Origin: an uncultured Nitrososphaerales archaeon
GTDB lineage: Archaea > Thermoproteota > Nitrososphaeria > Nitrososphaerales > Nitrososphaeraceae
Length of the DNA: 64,000 nt
Assembly: GCA_963695855.1 (NCBI GenBank)
Contig: CAVOHZ010000003.1
Span: 32,001 to 96,000 of the forward strand
Direction: 5' to 3'
Shown here: positions 45,186 through 54,117 of the stretch, piece after piece
Position numbering within the stretch: the first letter of the stretch is position 1
Layout: each line of letters opens with the position of its first letter
Notes under the pieces: model-generated
Database searches by the model: none
What the model saw: only the letters and a program-made list of their open reading frames with translations
What the model was told of the DNA's origin: nothing
Made by a program: the position numbers and the translations under genes

Positions 45186-45231
45186 CGGGTCCGTCGGGAG
45201 TAATACCGATAGCGATGTGAAAATAAGAGTC
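45186..45231 (-). repeat. Second tRNA-Arg-like 3' end + motif A (copy 3)
   Basis: CGGGTCCGTCGGGA + GTAATACCGATAGCGATGTGAAAATAAGAGTC. Confidence 0.85.
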
Positions 45232-45282
45232 TTCTGTTAAGTAAATAAAATAATATTTATGAATTCTTTTATGATAGTATAC

Positions 45283-46233
45283 TTATCTTAACAATTTGTT
45301 TGAAATAAATTCATGTAATTGTGAATCAGACATATTCTTTTTTGCTTGTGCAAAGGTTTTAGCATCTTCTCCTACTGTATATCTGAACAAATATTCTGAA
45401 GAATTTGAAATATTTTTAATTGCTTCAAGTATTACAGTAGCAACTTCTTTTGGTGATGGAGCATTATTCATAGCAGAATAATAATGAGATAGAAATGTAT
45501 CGATAGTATTGGAATAATATGAAGAATTATTTTTCTTAGTATCATTATTAGAATAATTAACTTTTAGTTCTTCTTTCTGTTCATCTTTCAATAGAGGTTC
45601 TTGTAATTTATTGTCAATTTGATTTGGAAATTTAATATTTGGTACAAAATTAGTATTGATAACACCTGGTTCAATAAGGATTACTTTAATTCCATATGGC
45701 TGAAGCTCATAGGATATAGAGTCACTTAATCCTTCTAATGCAAATTTTGTACTTACATATATGCATTCTGCAGGTATTCCTACTACGCCTGCAAGAGAAG
45801 TTACATTTATGATTATCCCATTTTTTTGTTTTCTCATAGCGGGCAAAGTTTCTTTAATAGTTCTCATTGCTCCAAAGAGATTTGTTTCGAACTGTTTCTT
45901 TGCTTCGTCTATAGATATCTCTTCCAAAGCACCAAATAAACCATATCCGGCATTATTTATCAAAATGTCAATTTTCTTTTTTTCATCAAGTATTTTGTGT
46001 ATCGCATTTCTTACTGAATCATCATTATCAACATCCATGGATAAAACTTTTAAAGGAAGATTCTCATTATTTGCAATTTTTTCGATTTTATCTCCCTTAA
46101 GTGTATCTCGCATTGTAGCATATGTATAAAACCCATTTCTTGCAAGAAATAATGAAGTTTCAAATCCTATTCCAGTTGAACTACCGGTAACTACTGCAAT
46201 ACTCTGTTGTTTTTCCATTCTAATCTTAGGCAA
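45283..46233 (-). CDS. Short-chain dehydrogenase/reductase
   Basis: VTGSSTGIG, NNAG, YVSTK, EPG. Confidence 0.92.
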   Translation of the reverse strand: MPKIRMEKQQSIAVVTGSSTGIGFETSLFLARNGFYTYATMRDTLKGDKIEKIANNENLPLKVLSMDVDNDDSVRNAIHKILDEKKKIDILINNAGYGLFGALEEISIDEAKKQFETNLFGAMRTIKETLPAMRKQKNGIIINVTSLAGVVGIPAECIYVSTKFALEGLSDSISYELQPYGIKVILIEPGVINTNFVPNIKFPNQIDNKLQEPLLKDEQKEELKVNYSNNDTKKNNSSYYSNTIDTFLSHYYSAMNNAPSPKEVATVILEAIKNISNSSEYLFRYTVGEDAKTFAQAKKNMSDSQLHEFISNKLLR

Positions 46234-46442
46234 TTACAAAATATACAAAAATATAATTCTATAGTTGACTATTACAATAGATTTATGGTAATTATTGTTA
46301 TTTTTTAAAAATAGTTCAAATTTATTATTAGTAGCAATTAAACGCACTATGTATCTTGACTTTAATCTTTTAATTCTTCTAAATATTTCATAATACTATA
46401 ATCGTGTTCCACCTTAATAGTATGGTTCATCCACATATTCAT

Positions 46443-46522
46443 GTAGTTCATCGGGAGTTAGAATCTGCACGTAGTAAGGTTCTACAACATTGTATTTAGC
46501 TTTTATTATGAGAAACTTAATT
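46443..46522 (-). repeat. Degenerate tRNA 3'-like fragment + motif B (paralog of 38497-38576)
   Basis: CATCGGGA.TTAGAATCTGCACGTAGTAAGGTTC...TTTAGCTTTTATTATGAGAAACTTAATT. Confidence 0.75.
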
Positions 46523-46566
46523 TTAATTATTTTTCAATTATTCACAAAGTATAGGAACTTGAAATG

Positions 46567-46611
46567 TGCCGCGGAGGAGGTAATACCGATAGAGGTGCAA
46601 AAATACGAGTC
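46567..46611 (-). repeat. tRNA (GCCGCGG acceptor, Met/Phe-like) 3' end + motif A (copy 4)
   Basis: TGCCGCGGAGGAG (reverse complement CTCCT CCGCGGC A) + GTAATACCGATAGAGGTGCAAAAATACGAGTC. Confidence 0.8.
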
Positions 46612-46783
46612 GAATAAGGAGGATAATATTTATGATTATTTATAATTGAGTTATTTGAAATATTAATAATTCAAAATTCATAGATAATATTAATTAAGAT
46701 TTATGGAAAATATACAAGAAGAAGAAACTAAAAAGACTAAAATTGAAAGTGAATAATATTAATTTAGAAATTGAATTAATATG

Positions 46784-48400
46784 TTAATCTGCAATTGGCA
46801 ATGTAAATCTAAATGTTGCCCCCTTACCATCCAAATTATTTTCTGCCCAAATTTTACCACTATATGCTTCTATAATATTCTTACAAATATATAGTCCCAA
46901 TCCTGTTCCTGTACTAGAATCGCCAGTTGTAAACTTTGAAAATAATTTGGGTAATACTTCTTTTGAAATACCCGCTCCAGTATCCTTAACACTTACAATG
47001 GCTTGTTCTATTCCTTCTTCTTTTTTCATTTTATCTACAATAACAAATATTGTTTGATTGTTATACTTAGTAGTAAATTTTATAGCGTTATCTACAAGAT
47101 TGCGAATTACTTGAGCTAATCTATCTCTATCTGATTCTACAATAATATCATTAACATATTTGAAATCATAACAAATTTTTATCGTTTGTTGTTTTAATTC
47201 CTTTTTCACATATTCCTTTAAAACTTCAGATATCAAAACATTAAGATTTAATTTTTCTTTTTTAAGCATTAAAGATTGACCTTCTATTTTTGTAACATCC
47301 AACAGGTTGTCACTAAGCCGTTTTAGTCTGTATGCATTTCTCATAATAATGTCTAACAATTCATGTTGTTCTTTATCTTTAACCTTTGAATAGATAATAT
47401 CTGTTAATCCTAGTATAGGCTGAATAGGAGTTCTCAATTCATGTGCAGCTATATTAATAAATTCTGACTTCATTATTTCAGATTCCTTTACTTTTTCATA
47501 TTGTTGGCTAAGCATCTCATTGCTTTCTCTTAATTTAATATTATAGTGAATACTTGATAAGGCTAATCCAATAATATTGATAAAATAACTTGAATCTTTT
47601 AAGACATGAGCAATATTATGTGCAGTGTCAAAGTGTTGTGACGAGTATGACATTATTATTTGTGCAAAAACGTCGAATACGAGGGAAATAACTATGCTAA
47701 TATAGAGAACATCTCTATTTTTATAAATTCTATTCTTATAGAAATAATATAAGGAAAATAATAATAATGCTAATGGAAAAAGTTCATAAGGTCTATGTAT
47801 AGGAATATTGTCAATCACAGAAAAAGGAAAAATAACATAAAGTGAGCTTATAGTTACAATAGAAACAAATAAAGTAATTGCTATTAAGTAAAGTAAAATC
47901 GGTTTTGATAATATACTTTCATTATTCTGGTGAGAGAATACTTGTTGTCCTTGTTGTTTTTGTTGTTGTTTACTTGAATTAACAGATAAAAAAGAATTAT
48001 ATTTAAAAATTGCTATAGCAAACATTGCACTAAGAAATAATCTTCCAGCAAACCAAGTCTGTGGAATAAAATATTTCAAGAATAAAATATTATCCATATT
48101 GAGCAAAGAAATTGTAACATGTAACAAATCAATTAAAGCATTAACTAGAAAACCAATGCCAATGAATAGACTAAATTTATCATCAAATGCAAGAGCTCTA
48201 GAAATATAATAGAATGCAAGTATTCCAGCAAAAATTGTTCCAAATAGTTCTATATAAAAATGATGTATAGGTGATGACACCCATAAATATGGGTTGGCAG
48301 ATATCACAGCAATTACTGAAAGAGAAATTGAAGGAATTAAAATATATTTTAATATATGACTCGTCTTATCATTAGTCTTTAAAAGTAAATTTAGTGGCAA
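46784..48400 (-). CDS. Membrane sensor histidine kinase with MASE3-like multi-TM input domain
   Basis: H..IELF, GFL..ALIDLLH, PQTWFAGR in the TM region; AAHELRTP, NLVDNAIKF, DTGAGI, GTGLGL. Confidence 0.9.
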   Translation of the reverse strand: MPLNLLLKTNDKTSHILKYILIPSISLSVIAVISANPYLWVSSPIHHFYIELFGTIFAGILAFYYISRALAFDDKFSLFIGIGFLVNALIDLLHVTISLLNMDNILFLKYFIPQTWFAGRLFLSAMFAIAIFKYNSFLSVNSSKQQQKQQGQQVFSHQNNESILSKPILLYLIAITLFVSIVTISSLYVIFPFSVIDNIPIHRPYELFPLALLLFSLYYFYKNRIYKNRDVLYISIVISLVFDVFAQIIMSYSSQHFDTAHNIAHVLKDSSYFINIIGLALSSIHYNIKLRESNEMLSQQYEKVKESEIMKSEFINIAAHELRTPIQPILGLTDIIYSKVKDKEQHELLDIIMRNAYRLKRLSDNLLDVTKIEGQSLMLKKEKLNLNVLISEVLKEYVKKELKQQTIKICYDFKYVNDIIVESDRDRLAQVIRNLVDNAIKFTTKYNNQTIFVIVDKMKKEEGIEQAIVSVKDTGAGISKEVLPKLFSKFTTGDSSTGTGLGLYICKNIIEAYSGKIWAENNLDGKGATFRFTLPIAD

Positions 48401-48507
48401 TAGATTAATCTATTCCTTTATATTTTTGTTAATATATTTATATGAACGAAAAAAATAGACATGGAGTTAATTATTAATATATTATTCAATACTGAATGCA
48501 ATTTTTA

Positions 48508-49676
48508 TTAATTTAATAATCTATTTACAGTATTTGTAAATAGCTTTCTATCAACAGGCTTTCTCATTATTTGTTCTTTTGATATACCAGGAACTACACT
48601 CAACAATTCGTCTAATATATCCAAAGCTGTTACAAACATAATCTTAATTGTTGGGTCTATAGCTTTTATTTGCTGATGTAATTGAATTCCATTCAAATCT
48701 TTCATTTTGATATCAAGTATTAATAATAAATCATTAAAATTTGAGAGGTCTTTGATATAATTCAATGCATTAGAAGGGTCTGTAAAAGAAATTATTTCAT
48801 AACCATTATCCTTTAAAAATGATTCAAAAGTAAAAAGTATATCCGGTTCATCATCAACTAAAATGATTCTTCTTTTGTTTTGTTATTGTTATTGTTATTG
48901 TTATTGTTATTGTTATTGTTATTGTTTTTTTTATGAAAAAAAGATGATTCTTTTTCTTTACTTTTAGTTTCTATAAAATCCTCAACAGGGGAACAGAACA
49001 ATTTCTTGCTAAAAGAAGAATTTATAGTACTAATATCATCAATCGACAATGATTTGTTAACTTTTTTTATACTGTATGTAGAGTATCTAAATTTTTCATT
49101 TATCTTATATTCACCATTATTTATAAAATTATAATTGTTAGCAATATTAGAAAAAGATTTTAATATCCTATAACAATTGTCTCCAATAATTATCTCATTA
49201 GGAATAGACAGTGAAGAAGAATTAATCTCTGAACAAATATTTATAGTTGAACCAAATAAATCTATCTGGCTATAATCACCAACTAAAGCTAAATCTAGAA
49301 GACCATAATCCATACTAATTCTATAGCTAAATGGGGGAAGATGCTGCTTGGACAATTCTTGATTAACAACATATCGCTCATCTAAGATTTTCAACCCGCA
49401 TTCAATCACTTCTCTAAAAGCGTTTTCGTTTTTAGTATCAGATGCCTTTGGAAAATAGAATAATAAACAATCACCAATATTTTTAATAACTTTCCCACCA
49501 TAATTTTTAACTATTTCTGATATTGAATTTATAAATTTAGAATAATAGATTCTAATATGTTCTGAATTGTCTATGGTAATTGTATTTTGAGTAGAATCTA
49601 CCAAATCAATAAAAACTACACAACTCTTTATTGAATCCCCTGAAAATCTTATTTGTTTTGAAGAAAAGTTTTTCAT
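48508..49676 (-). pseudogene. Adenylate cyclase-receiver paralog split by a 1-nt deletion at the end of a poly-Asn microsatellite
   Basis: Highly similar to 36114-37229; REC start RIILVDDEPD is in the neighbouring frame at ~48870. Confidence 0.85.
48878..48926. repeat. Hexamer microsatellite, about 7 AACAAT units on the minus strand (poly-Asn linker)
   Basis: TTATTG tandem run read directly. Confidence 0.9.
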
Positions 49677-49843
49677 TTACAGTTTTGCTCCTTAAAATTA
49701 TTAATTAAAAATGGAATTTATATTTTATTATTATTAGTATAAGGTATTAGATTTAATAAAATCTTTTTTTTCTTATCTTAAAATAATACCAACATTATTG
49801 GGCTAGGTTAAATATTAAAACCTAGTTAGTCGGTCTTCCATTG

Positions 49844-50470
49844 TTAATGACTAGTAGTAGTATTTCCCTCTTTATTTTGGCTATTGACTGATTGTACTAC
49901 TGATGTTATATAATCAGTATTTGTTTTTGTCAAAACCTTCACATTATCACGTGTTTGTTCAAGTGCTGTGTTATATACTTTCATATTTGATGCTAGAGTG
50001 TTATTTATAAGATTAGTGGCATTTAACAGGTAACTCGTAAAGTTATTTACCATTACCGCATTATTCTCAGCAATTCTTTGTGGATTAAAAAAATCCCATA
50101 ATCTATTGAAGTTTACATTACTATTATTATCTGCTTGTTGTGATTGAAAAGAGCTTACTACTTGTTTTTGTGCTTCAATAAAGTCAGAAGCAATATCTTT
50201 TACAGTTTGGATAGTTTTTTCTTGATATTCAGCAATACGTTGTGTATATTTTGGAATTTCCCGACTAGCTTCATCTGTACTTCTTTTTATATTATGTAGA
50301 GTGTTATCTAGAGTCTTGTTTATTGCATCTTGTTGTTGATTTAAGGTGTTATTTGTTCTTTCATTGAAATTATTATTGTCTTTGTTAAATTTAGTTGTAT
50401 TTTTTTCATTAAATTCTGGTTCATTTACAGCTATATTTTCGTTTATTTTTACTTCTTTTTTTGCTGACAT
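49844..50470 (-). CDS. Phasin-like family protein (copy 6), upstream of the second cyclase
   Basis: DEASREIPKYTQRIAEYQE.TIQT.KDIASDFIEAQK; start set at ATG 50470 by alignment with copy 7. Confidence 0.65.
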   Translation of the reverse strand: MSAKKEVKINENIAVNEPEFNEKNTTKFNKDNNNFNERTNNTLNQQQDAINKTLDNTLHNIKRSTDEASREIPKYTQRIAEYQEKTIQTVKDIASDFIEAQKQVVSSFQSQQADNNSNVNFNRLWDFFNPQRIAENNAVMVNNFTSYLLNATNLINNTLASNMKVYNTALEQTRDNVKVLTKTNTDYITSVVQSVNSQNKEGNTTTSH

Positions 50471-50742
50471 AATTATAGTTACATTACTAATGTTATATAA
50501 ACTCATGTAATGATGTCTTTTTAATAGTCATATTTACATAGGTATATATAATTTATTTATTTATTTATATAATTGAAGGTAATATAATTTATAATACAGC
50601 AATAAAAAGCAGAATCATGTAATTCTTACTATTTGATTCATACGATTCAGACATCTTATAAATTTAATAATTCATGATAAAACGCTGGTAGGTAAGTAAG
50701 TATTGATATTGATATAAAAGATGAAATATGTCTAGCATGGAC

Positions 50743-50773
50743 TAATGCTTATAGTGGTACTAAAATAAGAGTC
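50743..50773. repeat. Motif A copy 5 (degenerate)
   Basis: TAATGCTTATAGTGGTACTAAAATAAGAGTC, 26/31 match to the consensus. Confidence 0.75.
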
Positions 50774-50903
50774 TAAGGTATGGTAATAAAGAAGATAATA
50801 CCTAGGATTTACTTTTCATATTTTTAAAATAGATATTAATGTACAGTTACTATAAAAATTAATATTGTGTATGTTTTTCAGTATGTCGAAAAATATTAAA
50901 TTA

Positions 50904-51170
50904 TTAGTCATTTTTGATGGTAGTAGTAGCTTGTAATAATTCGCCCATTTCATTATGCATTTTGAGATAGTTTAGTCCTTTTTCTGTAGTCTTGAATGTT
51001 TGAGTCACATCAAGATATTCTATTAGATTGTTTTCTGTCAAAACAGAAAGATATTCCTTTAATTGTGCATAACTTAGAAAAGCTTTGTACATAATTTTTG
51101 TCTTTGTTGCTCTTCCATTTGCAGCGTCCAGTATATTACCCACTATTTCCGTTCTACTTCTATATTTCAT
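50904..51170 (-). CDS. Small archaeal winged-helix regulator
   Basis: YRSRTEIV..IL..A...TKTKIMYKAFLSYAQLKEYL..L.E..LI; TTEKG. Confidence 0.9.
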   Translation of the reverse strand: MKYRSRTEIVGNILDAANGRATKTKIMYKAFLSYAQLKEYLSVLTENNLIEYLDVTQTFKTTEKGLNYLKMHNEMGELLQATTTIKND

Positions 51171-51269
51171 ATTATTATAAGGTTATTTAATTATTTTAGT
51201 TTAATATCACAGTCAAAGGTAAGATAATTATAGTACAAACATTCTAAATATTATTTGCAAATAAAGAAA

Positions 51270-51531
51270 ATATATAAGAAAAGCTAATGCCTTAGCACTC
51301 AATAAAAATGAAGAGGCTTTACCACTTATTGAAAAAGCGCTTGAATCCGATTCAAATAATGAATAATATCTCACAACGACTGTCTTTACAATGTACAATC
51401 TAAAAAAATATGATGATGCCAGATCATATTTTGAAAAAGCATTAAAAATAAATAGTAATTTAACTTCAATTTTGTCTGAAAAAGAATTAAAGACATTTAA
51501 TGAATTGATGAATAATAATACAAAACAATAA
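51270..51531 (+). pseudogene. TPR protein C-terminal fragment
   Basis: EEALPLIEKALESD..*..KKYDDARSYFEKALKIN with an internal stop and no start. Confidence 0.6.
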
Positions 51532-51820
51532 GGAGTTAAATTTATTTAAATACTAGAAATTTTCTAATGTAAACCTCTCTATTTTAGTAACATTTCGAAA
51601 ATTGTATTGATTCTAATTATATTTTAATAAATTGAGAATTCTATTCTATCTATTACATAAAAAAATATCTGTTCTCAAATTAAATCAAAAGATTTTCTAG
51701 AATTACATTATTAGATAAACGTGAAATTATGTAACAATTAAAATAAAATAATTATCAATTCCTTATTATAAAGATAATACTAATAATAGCTATATGATAT
51801 ATATAGTATATAGTTTTTTT

Positions 51821-51883
51821 CTGACTATTTTGACAGTTTATTTGACTGATTTGACAATTATTCTGACTTAACTGACTCATGTT
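51821..51883 (+). promoter_or_regulatory. Three 21-bp direct repeats, each with two TGAC cores, just upstream of a TATA-like box
   Basis: TGAC at 51822, 51831, 51843, 51852, 51864, 51873 (spacing 9/12/9/12/9); TTTTAAT at 51882; ATG at 51910. Confidence 0.65.
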
Positions 51884-51909
51884 TTAATGTATAAAAGTAA
51901 AATAATGAT

Positions 51910-53317
51910 ATGCCCAGAATTATATCTCCCAATGAGAAGTCATCTGTAATTGGAGATTGGCTTGAAGGAAAAACCAGGGAAAAAATTGCTTTAAAACATA
52001 ATATTGAAAGTGGAACTGTTTATAATATTGTTCAAGAATGGAGCAATAAACTTGGTATTGAAAAAACAGATTTATTGAGAGAATTAGCGGTAAATTTAAA
52101 CAAAAATGGATTGACTGTAAATGATTGTGCTAAAGGATTTAGAATGGTGATGATTTTTAAAAAATATAGAATAAAAGAAGATGAACTAGAAGATGGAATT
52201 ACTTATTTTTTAAAGGAAATTTACTTGAAATGTCAAGAACACAATTTAACAATTGAAAAAGTCTTTATGTATATTTATGATATCGTTAATTTTTCGAATG
52301 AACTACCATTATCTCAAATACCTCAATTTCTTAAAGAGAAGAAAAAGGAAAAAGAAGAATTAGAGATTTCTATCCAAAATTTGTATCAAAAAATAAATGA
52401 ACTCGAAGAAACTCAAAAAGAAAAAAGGCAAGAAATACAAAGATTGTCTGAAATTACAAACAAATTGTCCAGTAGTTATAGATTATTTACCATATTAAAA
52501 TACAGATTGGGCCAATATGGTATAAGTATGGAAAATTTAGATCAATTTGCAAATTGTGTAGTTGGAATATCAAAGGAAAATTATAGTGTTACCAAAGTTC
52601 TAGAATTAATAGGAGATTATGATAATTTACTAAACTATATACAACTTTATAAAAATGAAGTAGAAGTAAAGAGAAATGAATTGAATTTATTGAATCAAGA
52701 GATAAACTCTCATAAAGGATTGCTAGATTCTTATAGGATCAAATCAGATATCGCCGAAAATTTGGAAAGAATGAATTTTGGGATCAATGAATTACGGGTT
52801 TTATATGATACTTTGATGGAAATTGGTAGAGAAAACAATACTGAAAATAAAACTTTTGAACAAATAAAAAAAATTCTTTGATGATCTCAAAAGTTATGAT
52901 GAAATACTAGGATCACGAAATGAAAAAGATAGGTTAAAAAATGAAATTAAAAATTTAGAAATACAGTTAATAAAAGAAAAAGAAAGATATAATTCATATC
53001 CAAAAGTGATGAAGAGCATAGAAAGATTATCACATGCAGGAATTTCTGAAAATGATATTTTAACAATAGATAAACTTGTATCGATGAGTGGTACAAATCA
53101 TTATCGTCTGTACAAGGATAAACGTAGAAATAAACAAAATTTGATTGATGATTTACAAAAATATGAAAATTTAAAGTTAGCCATAAAAAATCTTGAAGAT
53201 AAAAGAAAGAAAATAAATTCAAAAGATGGGAAAAAGACAGGATATCAAGAACAATTACATCAGAAACAAAAAAGAAAGAACAAATCATCGAAAGTTAAAG
53301 ATACAATTGAAGAATAA
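51910..53317 (+). pseudogene. N-terminal HTH + long coiled-coil protein, frameshifted at the A-tract ~52866-52873
   Basis: WLEGKTREKIA.KHNI.SGTVYNIV HTH; reading continues as FFDDLKSYDE... into ORF 53006-53317. Confidence 0.7.
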
Positions 53318-53397
53318 AATAAGTATTTGTTATCTCTTTCTTATTTTATAAAAATTAAACAATTTCTTTTGATATAAAAATTTTCATATTTTTCAGA

Positions 53398-53800
53398 TTA
53401 ACAAATATTAATCCCAAAATTGTTCCAAGCATTTGTATATTTTTCTGCTAACTTTTCTGGATCATGTAATACATAATGTCTTCCACTAACTGAACTAAAT
53501 CTTCCAGCAAGTACTTCGGCCTCATCAACATTTAATGTATCTCTGAACCGCATTACATTATAATGAATTTTTCTTAATACTATATATGTAACACTAGTTT
53601 CTCTTTTTAGGATTTTATATGTCTTATGGAGGTGACATAATTAAATCTTTGCATTCATTGCTTTATTATGTTTTTTATTCATTAACATCATTGGTATATT
53701 GTCTATTTCATTAGCTTATGTAATTTTACCTTGTAATATATTTTCTGAATAACCATTATGTTGTAAAAATATCTCTACCGCTTAACAAAAGTCAGTTTAC
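53398..53800 (-). pseudogene. SSV1-like tyrosine integrase C-terminal remnant
   Basis: LRKIHYNVMRF...DEAEVLAGRFSSVSGRHY...KYTNAW: RK..., GR and RHY catalytic pattern. Confidence 0.65.
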
Positions 53801-54117
53801 AGATTATTTATACTAAAATGTTTTTTTTGTTAAGATCTTGATTTTCTAGATTCCCAAAAAATATCTGAAGTTAATTCAAGCGATATCCTTTTTACTCTAT
53901 GAATTAGATTAAATTCTCCTGTTTGTAATTCTATTTGATTATGTGGTTCCTATCGAATTTCGAAGTATTTTCATCATGCAAATAAACTGGCAATCCATGT
54001 TTGTAAATACAACAATTACCCACGTAAACAAGCACAATTGGTGTCTATACTTTTAAATAATAACAGGAGTAAATTCATATACTTTCAACACAAATATTTT
54101 TCAAATATCTGATTGAT

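Noticed and set aside
48925-48932. A8 tract as a phase-variation switch restoring the cyclase-REC fusion
   Set aside because: Shifting the frame there puts CAA TAA in frame and creates a stop; the lesion lies after the microsatellite.
36000-50773. Motif A (~32 bp with a dyad) as a CRISPR repeat
   Set aside because: Copies are kilobases apart rather than separated by 30-40 bp spacers, and there are no cas genes in the window.
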